A stretch of DNA of 64,000 nt, taken from Eledone cirrhosa. Its lineage: Eukaryota. The stretch is from contig OZ024744.1 in the NCBI GenBank assembly GCA_964016885.1, forward strand, positions 79,360,001-79,424,000, given 5' to 3'. Shown here piece after piece: positions 38,477 to 50,827 of the stretch. The notes under the pieces are model-generated. The model saw nothing but the letters and a program-made list of their open reading frames with translations, ran no database searches and was not told the DNA's origin. The first letter of the stretch is position 1. Each line of letters opens with the position of its first letter. A program made the position numbers and the translations under genes.

Positions 38477-39030
38477 AGGGTTAAAATACTGGAGCGTGTT
38501 GGAGTTAAACATTGTCGGCTAATAAAGACTTTTGATGTATTGAAGGCTTCTTTGTTTTACTTTCTTAAATATATATTTATATATATATTAAAATAACAGA
38601 TTAAAGTCTAAGCAAAGAATCGCTGCTTTCACCCCTAACGGGATCTTTTGAAACTAAAAGAATCAATCTGTGAACTCAGAAGTAAATATTTCGAAAAACG
38701 TTACACACTATATATATATACACACTATATATACATATACACACACACAGCGTAATAATGTCGTAATGCAGACGCCCAGACATACAGAAAGATATTATAA
38801 GGGCGCAAAATTATATCTATGTATCTATCTAAAACGAAAGACTAAGAATTATAGAGAGAGCTCGCCTAAATCGCCTAATGCAGTCCCTAGGGCATTGAAA
38901 GTTTGAAATATTTTTTGCTCAAATCACTGCCATAAGTATTACAATGTTAAGTTTGAAAATAATTGGTTAGGTGGTTCTCTAGTTTTAGGGAGTTAGACAG
39001 ACAGACATTCTCTGTTTTAGATATATAGAT
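38112..39030 (+). mobile_element. Helitron-like non-autonomous element with an inverted duplication of its 5' end (38105-38195 vs 38320-38412)
   Basis: Same actagcagaatggcccggc start as 15581 and same body and 3' end as 15841-15972 and 24730-25035. Confidence 0.6.
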
Positions 39031-39486
39031 ATGTACACACACACACATATATATATATATGCACTCATATACATCATACATGTATACACAGATGCACATA
39101 CCTAGACCTACATAACATTACATTCACACATATCTATGTAGGTATGTGTTGTCCTTTATTTGTGGTGGAAAAAAAAAATCCCCCCTCTTCCTGACCAGTC
39201 ATATCATGCTCTTTAAAATGTCTTCCTTAATAGATTAGATTCAGTTGTCACACCACCCTCAATCAATTCAATTAATTTGACCTGATCTTCCCAAAACCTC
39301 ACCCCACCCCACACTTACCTGCCCATCCTCTTTAAACTAACAAACAATGACATATTTATCTCTGTGAAACCATAGATAGTTATATTGAAAACATGTTATA
39401 TTTTATGACTCTGGCACTACAACATTACAGTGTGGATTGTGTGCTTTTCTTTGTAGCATCAGCATTTGGGAGGCATTATATATATA

Positions 39487-39678
39487 GGGCGATGGATTGG
39501 CAGTATCGGTAGAGGGTCGGACGCCATGCTTTGACGCGTAGAGTTACGGCCCTTGCCATTCTGAGTTCAAATCCCGCCGAGGTTAACTTTGCCTTTCATC
39601 CTTACGAGGTCGATAAAATAAAGTACCAGTAATACACTGGGTATTTGCTGGCCTTGTGCCAAAAGTAGAAACAATTAT
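39487..39678 (+). mobile_element. Nin-domain SINE, full length
   Basis: A and B boxes, gcctttcatccttacgaggtcgataaaataaagtaccag, tail agaaacaatta. Confidence 0.85.
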
Positions 39679-39689
39679 ATATATAATTC

Positions 39690-40005
39690 TTTAGTGGTTA
39701 GAGCATTGGGTTTACAATCGTAAGGTTGTGAGTTTGATACCTGGGTTTGCCAGTGCATTGTGTTCTTGAGCATGACACTTTATTTCATGTTGTTCCAGTT
39801 CACTCACTGAGTTGCAATGTCACAGGTGCCAAGCTGTATCGGCCTTTGCCTTTCTCTTGGACATCATCAGTGTCATGGAGAGGGGAGACTGGTATGCATG
39901 GGCGATTGTTGGTCTCCTAAAAAATACTCTTCCTGGACTTGTGCCTTAGAGGGGAACTTTCTAGGTGTAAAACACATAGTCATTTGTGACCAAAGGAGAT
40001 CTTTA
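39690..40005 (+). mobile_element. CORE-type SINE (second tail family)
   Basis: ttagtggttagagcattgg head, cttgagcatgacactttatttca; body matches 13635-13952. Confidence 0.75.
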
Positions 40006-40039
40006 CTCTCACCCTATATTGTATATATATATATATTGT

Positions 40040-41790
40040 TATACTTTGGGAGAGTCATGCTGCCAATGAAAACACATGCACCTGTTGGTTTTCACTTCAA
40101 TTTATTATAAATTTCTGGTTGGTTGGTTGGTTCGATAACCAGATGGTTGTTTATATAATGCCAAAGCTCTTTCACCACACATTCTGTGACCTCCTCAGAG
40201 ACTGGGGTTTTATGTTGTGTCTCTCCTTTGTTCTCTCCTACACCATCTTGTTTTTGTGTGTTGTGTGCAGTGTGCTTGGTTTGCACATGCGTTACATCCG
40301 TGTGTGTGTTTTTATTTAATCAATTATGTGTTTATCTACTTACTACAAGTTGGTTGTTTGTTATATCTGTGTGTGTTTGATTTGTTTTATTAGTTTTTTT
40401 TTGTGTGTGTCTGTATGTCTTCATTTTGTCCTTAATTACTAGTTGTCATGATGCTATTCCACTCATGTTTTCTGTTTAATTTTAGTTGGAGTTCGTTTAT
40501 GTTTGTCGCCTCTGTAATTTGTCTGAGTATTGCATCTTTTCTGTGTGTGGATATAATTTTTATCTCTATGTTCACTAATGAGCCCTATGTTCTATTTTGG
40601 CATGTTGGTGGAGTACTGATGAGTTTTTCCCATCTTGGAGTTCATTTATCCTTTCTCCTATGCTATGGGCTGTTGTACCTATGTATGTTATATTCTTATT
40701 CCTACACTGTCCCTCTGTACTTCTTATACTATATACTATGTTCTTAATTTTGCAGTTAGTTTGTAGGCTTAACTTGCAGACTAGGGGTTGTATTGACGAA
40801 CATTACACTCTGGTATTCATTACACTCTGGTATTCATCTTACCATGAGTTGATTTTATTTGTCTTTTTCCTAATCCTTTCTATTCTGTTCCAAAACTTGC
40901 TCCTATACACGGGGCAAGTCCCATTTCTAGCATTTCTAAAATCTTTGTCCATTTGGTCCTGGCTTCTTTATATACCCTGATCTAATCTCTCTGATTGTAG
41001 CCAGAGAACTGCATGTGGTGGATGAAGTGTTGAATGTGTCTCTCTAATTCTTTAGGATTGCACATGCGGGACACGTTCCTCATTACTGTTACTGTGTCCT
41101 CATTCAATATATTGATTTTCATATGATCCGAAACAGCTGAGTTTTGGTGGATCAGGTATTTAGAGGTCATGGGTTTGGCAAAATGCGAATGGAGGATTTG
41201 TGTTCTATTACTGATAGTTTCCAACTAGAGTTCTGTGTCTAGTACAGGTTGGGGTGTTTAGTTGGGTAGTCTATAGTAACTTTAATACTCTGGTGGATGG
41301 AATTAGCTATCTCGATGCTTTCCATGGTGTTCTTCTCTAATTACTGACTGTTCTCTTGTGGGTGTGTTTTTACTACACTATTTATGTCATCTATGTAGCA
41401 GGAGTACATAGTCAGGGTTATAAAATTGTCGTCTAATTGCTCCTTAAGTCTTCTGTCCCACCATACCATAAATAAGTTAGCTATGTCACCTACAATGCTA
41501 ACACCAATGGCGGCCTCCTCCTCTTGGGCATATGTTTTGCCATTAAATTTGAACATAAGTTCCTTAAAGGTTAGTTTTATACTAGCCCCCCACCGCATGT
41601 GCAATCATTTTCTTTTACTCATCATGGTTTTTGGGCGTGTGTATGGCTCTGGTTCACCTGCTCTATCTTTCTATGTGGGGCTTCTTAGCCATTGAGGTAA
41701 TGATAGGTGCTCTGTCCCTTTCTGACCTTGTGAGGCAGAGGCTGCTGAGATCATCTGTGTCTAAATAATCTTTATTGTGTGTGAGCTTCA
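40040..41790 (-). pseudogene. Old Penelope-like element (PLE3) remnant, distinct lineage
   Basis: FKFNGKTYAQEEEAAIG...IANLFM...YIDD (RT), HFAKPM, and on the - strand ~40540-40460 RQITEA...LNRKHEW (GIY-YIG end). Confidence 0.8.
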
Positions 41791-42284
41791 AAAACGAAAT
41801 ATATATATAAAAACCGCGATAATATTGCTATTTTGCTGAACTCCTTACACTTTGTAGAGTTTTTTCGGAATGTTTTTTGACTGCTGTTTCCTGTAAATCA
41901 CGAGGTGAACTAGCCTGCTTTTAAATTCACTTTTTGGTATATTCTAACAGTGGTCCTAGGGTTATTGTGTTTGAGCGCTACTGATGAACGACCCCAACCG
42001 TGACCATCCCCACTGAAAGTTTGTTAAGACTATATAGAGCATTTGTAGTTTTTCCAAATTGAAGGATGAGTATTTAAACTTTATTTTATTCAGAGTTAAG
42101 GCTCTATTGATTTTTCCCTGGATTCACAAAATCTGTGGATAAATCTATGTCTTGATTTTTTTTCAATTGAGTTTGAATTATTTTCCCACATCTTACGTTA
42201 ATTATTTTTCCATTTTGACGTTATAGTCACTTATATATTATGAAATACTGTTGGCTTCAAGCTCACAATAATTTCTATACTTTC

Positions 42285-42318
<34 letters not shown>

Positions 42319-42322
<4 letters not shown>

Positions 42323-43168
42323 GGAAAAAATGAAACGAAATTTCATTTCTCACTCTTAGTACGGCTGTTACTTAAATATAAGTGTGTATACGTACATACA
42401 TATATGTATACAGACGTACAGTAGTATGTATATATACATGCACACATATATATATATATATGTACGTATGGATTCATGCACACATATATATATATATGTA
42501 CGTATGGATTCACCGAACATTTATTATAATGCTCGGTGTGTTTGTAAACAAACATCCCGAATTAAGCCGTAGTGTCTAACAACCATCGTTGCTCGTTTGT
42601 TCAACACTGACAAAGGAACGCTGTACTAGTTTCAAGCTTATTAGCTATCGTCAGCAACGTATACATTCCTGCCAGATGATTGAACGTCTGAAAGTATATA
42701 CTTTCCTTATGCATATTAACGGCTGAGCAGCCTAATTTGCATATCGAGTGGGTTAATCGGCCGGGTGCACCAAAAACGATAAACGGAAAAAATGAAACGA
42801 AATTTCATTTCCCACTCTTAGTACGGCTGTTACTTAAATATAAGTATGTACACGTACATACATATATGTATACAGATGTACAGTAGTATGTATATATATA
42901 TATACATGCACACATATATATATATGTACGTATGGATACACCAAACATTTATTATAATGTTCCCTTGTCAGTGTTGAACAAATGAGCAACGATGGTTGCT
43001 AAACACTGTACGGCTTAATACGGGATGTTTGTTTACAAACACACCGAGCATTATAATAAATGTTCGGTGAATCCATACGTACATATATATATGTGTGCAT
43101 GTATATATATATATATATACATACTACTGTACGTCTGTATACATATATGTATGTACGTATACATACTT
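42319..43168 (-). mobile_element. Second locus of the ~425-bp hammerhead unit: full unit, partial tandem copy and inverted segment
   Basis: aaacggaaaa..tgaaacgaaatttcattt at 42319 and again at 42781; 42961-43168 is inverted. Confidence 0.8.
42618..42660 (-). ncRNA. Minimal type I hammerhead ribozyme
   Basis: acgttg-CTGACGA-tagctaataagctt-GAAAC-ta-GTA-cagcgt. Confidence 0.85.
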
Positions 43169-43321
43169 ATATATATATATATATACATATATATATAATT
43201 GAAGGGGACAACAAACAGAGGTACAAAAAGTATTATTAGTTTCACACTTCATATTGGAAAGAGGAAAGAAAGTTCGACATGTTGGGCTTAAGCCATTCTT
43301 CGTGAGTACAAATAGAGACAG

Positions 43322-43383
<62 letters not shown>

Positions 43384-43421
43384 AGGAGGTTATAGTTCAC
43401 TTGAAGCATTGTGTAATGAGG

Positions 43422-44493
43422 TATAAACGTTTGAATATGTATAATAAAGCCAAAACAATGCAGGTATGGACATAGAATAAAGAATGAAAATGCAAAAGAT
43501 ATTGTTGACAATTAGTCTTTTACCTTAGATTTATTTAAATGTCCTTAATTTTCGAGATAATATCTCTTCTTCAGAGGGAAATAAAGGTCTCAAACCAGCG
43601 TTCTAACTAGCTTGCCAAGCCATGCTGACAGGAAATGGTATAGAGTATCTGTTCTATCTCTAATGTCAAAGAGTTAAAATTAGGTGGATAAAGAGTAGTC
43701 TCCCTTTAAAGGGTTTTTTGGGGGTGTTTTTTTTTATATACATGCCTGTTTAAGTGTGTGGGAGAATGCATGAAGGTGTAAGTATGTGAGTGTGTGTGTG
43801 TGTGAGTGTGAGAAGATAAGTCTATTCGTAAATGTGGGGGATAGGTGTTATCTGGTGTTAGAACTGGTTTTGTGTGAGAGAGAATAAGTGGAGGTGTAAG
43901 CGTGTGTGTGTGGGGGGGGGGGGGGGGTAAATATGGGGCTAGAAGCTCTATCAGGTTATAAATTGGGTGTTGAGTTCTAGTCTATTATTGATTGGTGGTT
44001 GTGTTTTATCTATAATTAGTGCTTCCTTAATTCTAAGATTGCCGAGGTTTCTTTCCTTAGTTTCTATCCTAACTGTTATGGTTTTGTCGGTGTTTTTGCA
44101 TTTAACTAGGTGTTTCTTAAATGAGGAAGCGTTAGTATTGAGGTGTTCTTTTATTCTTATGTGGAGTGGTCTGGTGGTGCTACCTACGTAGAAGTTGTTG
44201 CATTTGTCACACTCTAGTCTGTATATATCTTTATCCACCTAATTTTAACTCTTTGACATTAGAGATAGAATAGATACTCTATACCATTTCCTGTCAGCAT
44301 GACTTGGCAAGCTATTTAGAACGCTGGTTTGAGACCTTTATTTCCCTCTGAAGAAGAGATATTATCACGAAAATTAAGGACATTTAAATAAATCTAAGGT
44401 AAAAGACTAACTGTCAACAATATCTTTTGCATTTGCATTCTTTATTCTATGTCCATACCTGCATTGTTTTGGCTTTATTATACATATTCAAAC

Positions 44494-44500
<7 letters not shown>
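43422..44500 (-). mobile_element. Penelope-like element (PLE4): GIY-YIG-only truncation with inverted pLTR arms (43422-43694 / 44228-44500)
   Basis: ORF 43951..44238 IYRLECDKCNNFYVGSTTRPLHIRIKEH...IKEALII...INNRLE; ~270-bp inverted repeat. Confidence 0.88.
43543..43577 (-). ncRNA. Minimal hammerhead motif in the PLE4 pLTR (inverted twin at 44345-44379, +)
   Basis: cct-CTGAAGA-a-gagat att atctc-GAAA-at-TA-agg. Confidence 0.6.
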
Positions 44501-44527
<27 letters not shown>

Positions 44528-44667
44528 CCAAAAGTTAAACAAGGTTCATTGATTAATCAATGAATATAGTTTTACAATAGATTAGAAGCACTCAACAGAA
44601 AAGTTTTCTGGAGTTATTAATATTAATTCAAAATATTAATAAATATAGACATTCAACGTAATCAAAA

Positions 44668-44939
44668 TATATTTTATTATATATATTTCGGAGGTGCATT
44701 GGCAGTATCGGTAGAGGGTCGCACGCCATGCTTTGACGCATAGAGTTACGGCCCTTTCCATTCTGAGTTCAAATCCCACCGAGGTTAACTTAGCCTTTCA
44801 TCCTTACGGGGTCGATAAAATAAGGTACCAGTAATGTACTGGGATAATTGCTGGCCTTGTGCCAAAAGTAGTAACAATTATATATATTTCGGAGGTACTG
44901 TGCTGTTTTTTCAGTACGTCCTCATCAGATAAAATATAT
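44668..44939 (-). ncRNA. Type I hammerhead (PLE1-like pLTR) split by a SINE insertion
   Basis: Removing the SINE and one TSD gives atatattttat-CTGATGA-ggacgtactg...cagtacctcc-GAAA-tatata-TA-ataaaatatat (11-bp stem I). Confidence 0.75.
44693..44880 (+). mobile_element. Nin-domain SINE with 20-bp target-site duplication
   Basis: attatatatatttcggaggt at 44676-44695 and 44877-44896. Confidence 0.88.
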
Positions 44940-45048
44940 AAATTGATGTATGACATACCTCAACTGTGCTGATGGTTCAATTCCAGTCTTGACTGCCAAC
45001 ACTGGAATTGAACCATATATATATATATCAAAAGTAAGATATATATGT

Positions 45049-45102
<54 letters not shown>

Positions 45103-45700
45103 TCCAGATGCTTCTGCAGAGAAGGGGTCATGGGAAGATGTAGTTAGCCATCTGTAGTCAGTCAAGGTGTGAGATCGGCAGTGGTATTATGCTGTGGTAC
45201 ATGTCTGTGACTCCATCAGTTCACCATCTGAAGGATGGGTATTTGTTACAGACTCATTTCCCCCTACCCCCTCCTTCCCCCACAGTGCTGGCTGGCTGGT
45301 TAATTAGCATTCTAATCAGGCAGGTGACCAAATGATCTGATGCATTGTTAACTTATGAATCAGATGTTAACAGACAGGCCTGTTGCCAAGTTAGAGTTGG
45401 AGTGTTTTTTCAATAGTGCACTTTCAGATTTAGAAAATTCTTATTATGAAACTCTACCTAAGAATTGTTGCATATCAGAGTGTCCACCCAGATATTTAGA
45501 AGCCCTCCCTCCCTGCTGAACATTAAACAGAGTCTGGTGCCAAGCTTATTGATAATCTGTCTAATGTGTTCACCGTGTATCATGACATTTTTATTGTTGA
45601 TTCATTTATTAGTTTCTATTTTAGTCACAAGGCCAGTAATTTGAGGAGAAGAGAAAGCCGATTAAATCGACCTCACCCTCCAAAAACTTCACTGGTATTA

Positions 45701-46588
45701 CCTAATGCCAACCACTTTACAGCTTGTACTGGGAACATGGTTTCTACAGCTGGATGCCCTTCCTAATGCCAACCACTTTACAGCTTGTACTGGGAACATG
45801 GTTTCTACAGCTGGGTGCCCTTCCTAATGCCAACCACTTTACAACATGTACTGGGAACATGGTTTCTACAGCTGGATGCCCTTCCTAATGCCAACCACTT
45901 TACAGCTTGTACTGGGAACATGGTTTCTACAGCTGGATGCCCTTCCTAATGCCAACCACTTTACAGCTTGTAATGGGAACATGGTTTCTACAGCTGGATG
46001 CCCTTCCTAATGCCAACCACTTTACAGATTGTACTGGGAACATGGTTTCTACAGCTGGATGCCCTTCCTAATGCCAACCACTTTACAGCATGTACTGGGA
46101 ACATGGTTTCTACAGCTGGATGCCCTTCCTAATGCCAACCACTTTACAGATTGTACTGGGAACATGGTTTCTACAGCTGGATACCCTTCCTAATGCCAAC
46201 CACTTTACAGCATGTAATGGGAACATGGTTTCTACAGCTGGATGCCCTTCCTAATGCCAACCACTTTACAACATGTACTGGGAACATGGTTTCTACAGCT
46301 GGATGCCCTTCCTAATGCCAACCACTTTACAGCATGTAATGGGAACATGGTTTCTACAGCTGGATGCCCTTCCTAATGCCAACCACTTTACAGCATGTAC
46401 TGGGAACATGGTTTCTACAGCTGGATGCCCTTCCTAATGCCAACCACTTTACAGATTGTACTGGGAACATGGTTTCTACAGCTGGATGCCCTTCCTAATG
46501 CCAACCACTTTACAGATTGTACTGGGAACATGGTTTCTACAGCTGGATGCCCTTCCTAATGCCAACCACTTTACAGCTTGTAATGGGA
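45701..46588. repeat. 61-bp tandem array (~14.5 units) derived from the RTE/SINE 3' module
   Basis: Unit cctaatgccaaccactttacagcttgtactgggaacatggtttctacagctggatgccctt starts at 45701, 45762 and so on to 46555. Confidence 0.95.
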
Positions 46589-46679
46589 GCAGGCAAAATT
46601 AATTGGCTACGGTTAACTTTGCCTTACATCAGTCCAGGGTATATAAAATATACTATCAGTGAAGTATTTAGGATTGATT

Positions 46680-47200
46680 TAATTGACTTTGAGAAGAGAA
46701 ACTCGATTAAATCAACCCCCAAGACTTCACTGGTACTTTATTTTATCAACCCTAGAATGACGAAAGGCAAAGAACAGGTCAACTTTGTCTTACATCATTT
46801 CAGGGTCAATAAAATAAAGTACCAAGTGAAGTATCTAGGGTCAATTTAATCAACTTTCTAATCTCCTCAGCATTGGACAATATACTCTGTGGCATAGAGG
46901 TACGGCCCTTTACGGTCTGAATTCAAATCCCACCGAGGTTAGCTTTGCCTTTCATCCTTACGGGGGGGGGGGGGGGGTCGATAAAATAAAGTACCAGTAA
47001 TACACTGATACACTGGGGTTGATTTAATTGATTTTTTTTTCTTTTCAAATTGCTGGCCTTGTGCCTCAAATAGAAATCACTATTTATCCATTTATCTTTA
47101 CGGGGTCGATAATATAAAGTACCAGTAATGCACTGGGTTGATTTAATCGACTTTTCCCGTCCCTTGAAATTGCTGGCCTTGGGTCTGAAATAGAAATCAT
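46680..47200. mobile_element. Cluster of Nin-SINE fragments in both orientations
   Basis: Repeated gcctttcatcc / gtcgataaaataaagtaccag / gctggccttgtg motifs. Confidence 0.7.
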
Positions 47201-47365
47201 ATTTATCCAATTATTGTATTATTTTGACCAGGTTTCTCTGCTAGAGAGGAATTTTACCTGAGTCACAAAAGACTGATCAAACTGGATTTTTTTGATTTTT
47301 GTCAACACATGAGAAAATGGTGAACAATTTTCTGTTTAGTTTTCTGTAGGGCTATAATTATTTCC

Positions 47366-47499
47366 GTGTGTGTGTGGGGGGGGGGTATGTGTATGCATGT
47401 GTGTGTGGGGTGGGGGTGGGGGGTGTATCTGTGTGTCTGTGTGTGTCTGTGTGTGTGCCTATATGTGTGTGTTGTGTGTGCGTCTGTGCATGTGCCTCT

Positions 47500-47540
<41 letters not shown>

Positions 47541-47835
47541 TGCGTTTGTGTGTGTATGTTTGCGTGTGTGTGTTTGTGTGTGTGTGTGTGTGTGAGTTTG
47601 TGTATGTGTTTGTGTGCAAAAAATATGTGATGTATTCATGTATATACATAGATATATATATCTGTGTGTGTGTGTGTGTGTGTGAGTACGCATCTGCTGT
47701 TTGTGTGCCTGCGGCTGTGTGTGTGTTTGTGAGTGTGTATGTGTATGTCTGTGTATGTGTATGTGTATATATGTATATGTATGTACTTATTGTTTGTGTG
47801 TGAGTGTGTATGAGCGTGTATGTGTGCATGTGTGT
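47366..47835. repeat. (TG)n-rich compound microsatellite
   Basis: Directly visible. Confidence 0.9.
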
Positions 47836-48230
47836 ATTAATGTTAAAGCCATTTAACATTAACCCAGCATTTAAAACTGGCTGTATCCAGCCAGAATTCT
47901 CTCAACTTTTTCTGTTCAAACTGGCCATAGCTGGCCAGACATATTAAGGTATTGTTCTCAAAATAAATATAATATCATAGATTTGATATTATGTGAGATA
48001 ATTATGTAAGATAAAGCCTTTACCATGCGGAGAGAATGGAGAAAGATGGTAAGGGAGATGCGCTGGAAGAGCTATTCCATCTTGAAGAAGCTCACACCTG
48101 TTGCTAACCAGCTCAGCATCTATGGTGGTAAGTAGGGAGGTAGCCCTAGATGTTCCAAACACTAATTTAATAATGATAAATTTAGTTATATTACTAAATC
48201 TCTATAAATTCTTCGGTGGATTGGCAATAA

Positions 48231-48652
48231 AGGCGGTGGATTGGCAGTATCGGTAGAGGGTCGGACACCATGCTTTGAAGCATAGAGTTACGTCCCTTTT
48301 TGTCTGAGTTCAAGTCCCGCCGAGGTTAACTTTGCCTTTGATCCTTACAGGGTCGATAAAATAAAGTACCAGTAATGCACTGGGATAATTGCTGGCCTTG
48401 TGCCAAACGTAGAAACAATTATTTTCAAAAGGAGGGTGGTAGATTAGCAGTATCAGTAGAGCGTTCGACAAAATGATTTGCAGCTTTATCCCAGACCTTT
48501 ACATCCTGAGTTCAAATCCCGCTGAGGTTAGCTTTGCCTGTCAATCCTTATGGGGTCTATAAAATAAAGTACCAGTAATGCACTGGGGTCAATTTAATCG
48601 ACTTTCCTCTCTCCTAAAATTGCTGGCCTTGTGCCTATCGTAGAAATCATTA
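48231..48652 (+). mobile_element. Two tandem Nin-domain SINEs (48231-48422 and 48431-48652)
   Basis: Each has A and B boxes, Nin body and agaaa(c/t)..tta tail. Confidence 0.82.
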
Positions 48653-48792
48653 CTTTCAAAAGGATTAAACATTTATAGGAAGTGTCTTTTATGGTAATGA
48701 ATATTAAGGATAAGTGAACTGTTTAGAGAAGAACAGAAAGAGAAAAGAGGAGGTGGGGTGGCTTCAGTGTTTCTATTTTTCTGAGTTCAATA

Positions 48793-49206
48793 TCAGTGTA
48801 TCAGACCTTGGGGGGCTCGGGGCACTTCAGGTTTTTGAGGCCTGGGACACATCAGATTTGGGGGACCCAGGGCACTTCAGGTTTGGGGGGCTTGGAGCAC
48901 ATCAGGTTTGGAGGTCCTGAGGCACTTTAGGTTAGTGTGTGTGGGGGGGGGGGTCATACACAAAAACTTAGAATACACACAACAAACCCCCACCCAATTT
49001 TACATATCAAAGTTAGCTTGGCACAAGTAATTGGAATTAAAAAGTTATACATACAGGTATTAAATTCAAAAATTCTAACCATCCTAAAACTAAAAAGTCC
49101 AGCTGAGGGCACAAATAAATTGCTACAGTTGTCTCAGGTGGGGGCCCTCCACTGTAGGGGTGCCTGGAGCAATTGCCCCCTTTGCCCCCAATTAAATCTA
49201 GCTCTG
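48793..49206. mobile_element. Probable non-autonomous DNA transposon (MITE) with short internal repeats
   Basis: Repeats of gggcacttcaggttt; ends ggggccc...gcaattgcccc...taaatctagctctg as in GC-rich MITE ends. No TSD seen. Confidence 0.4.
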
Positions 49207-49529
49207 CGTATCAGGTATATTAATTGTGTCTTACTAAACCATATCAGTGTACACACTGTACACTATACATTGCAAATCTGGGGTCTCAAACTCAAGGAAA
49301 CAAAGGGGCCATTTTAACATTGGGGAGAGGTACAAAGTCAAGATGATGTAGTTTCCACCAGTTATAATGTTAATCTGTAATACAGTTGATAAGCTATTTA
49401 TTTCATTTTTTTTTCCATCAAAAGGAATAGACATATGATAGTAAGTTGGATGTATGAATTAGTAGATAATGCAGGGGGACATATTTTCTGTTTCAAATTA
49501 AAAAACATATATACACGTACATACACACC

Positions 49530-49585
49530 TAACTACATACATACATACATACATACATATATAGATTCATACATACATACATAAA

Positions 49586-49619
<34 letters not shown>

Positions 49620-50636
49620 CATACATATATAGATTCATACATACATACATACATGGTGGCTGCCAACTCGTTTTCGAGTACGGCCACTACTCTATATCCA
49701 TGTAGGAGAACCCCCACCGATGCGCCGAACGAGTGTGACTTTTTAGTCCAACCAGCGACTTGAAAACTCTGGTACAAACACTACACTTGTGACAATTATT
49801 GACACATAGTGCTGGTCCCGTGGTACCATGTGACGACAAGTGCAGAGAGATCTCCAGATACAAAGCAATGCCTGTGCCGTGAAGCTTTTATAGTGAGCAA
49901 AGGCACTGCACAAAGCCAGTCCCACTTTCTTAACCAAGATGATATTTACCAAAAAGAAGAAGAAGTCAACATCATTGGATACCATCAGGGTTGCAGGTGT
50001 TATATCAGAGTTTTCCTTCTCCTAGAATTCTGCCTTGATAAAGGCTAAGGGGTCATCTCACATACATATATACATACATAGATTCATACATACATACATA
50101 CATGATGGCTGCAACTTAATTTTGTGTAATGCTATCGCTTGATACTTAAGCATGAACATCACAGACGTAGCTTTTTTTGTCCTGCCAGGGACTTGCCTAT
50201 GGCCAACAATACCATGCATCACACAAATTGTCAGATATCAAGCGATGCCTGTGCTTGAAGCTTTTTTAAGTGAGGAAAGGCTTTTCACGGAGCCAATCCC
50301 ACTCTCTGAACATTGAATGCATTTGCCCCAAAAGAAGAACTGGTTTACATCATTAGATGCAAACAAAGTCACAGGTTTTATATCAGTGACCTTCTCCTAG
50401 AGAGGTCTTAATAAAGACTGGGAGTCTCTCGCTCCACAAAAAGAACAAACTTTATTGGATTCTGCTGAGTTCCTCCACTCTTTGACGGGTTTTGTATTTC
50501 ATCCCGCAGGGTGTCCAAATTCACCCTCTTCTCCAAGCTAGTTTGGTGGGGTTGTTGGTTTAGTTGCCGACAATCCGACCATGCACAGGTTGTACTGGGT
50601 TACATATTACCAATAGCACTGAAGAGTGACCTGACA
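49530..50636 (-). mobile_element. Two diverged tandem non-coding RTE-derived elements with (ATGT)n tails
   Basis: 49653-50055 and 50102-50636 are mutually similar; the - strand carries tctaggagaaggaaaactctg (recalled RTE 5'-UTR motif) and ends gcagcca(c/t)c-(atgt)n. Confidence 0.55.
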
Positions 50637-50827
50637 TACACATACATACATACATACATAAACAGGGGCGGTGGAAGCACTTCTGAATTGGGTGGGGGAG
50701 AAAATTTGGTCAATTTAGTTGTAGAGATTAGTTTAGCGCTTTGTACTCTAAAATGGTCAGAAATTTGAGTTCATGCAGGTCATATTACATTTACAGCTTT
50801 CAATAATTATAATAATGCTTTCTTTAT

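Noticed and set aside
41981-42030. CTGATGA...GAAA on the + strand
   Set aside because: No supporting stems.
45701-46588. 61-bp array as CRISPR
   Set aside because: Whole units repeat with no spacers and derive from the RTE 3' motif.
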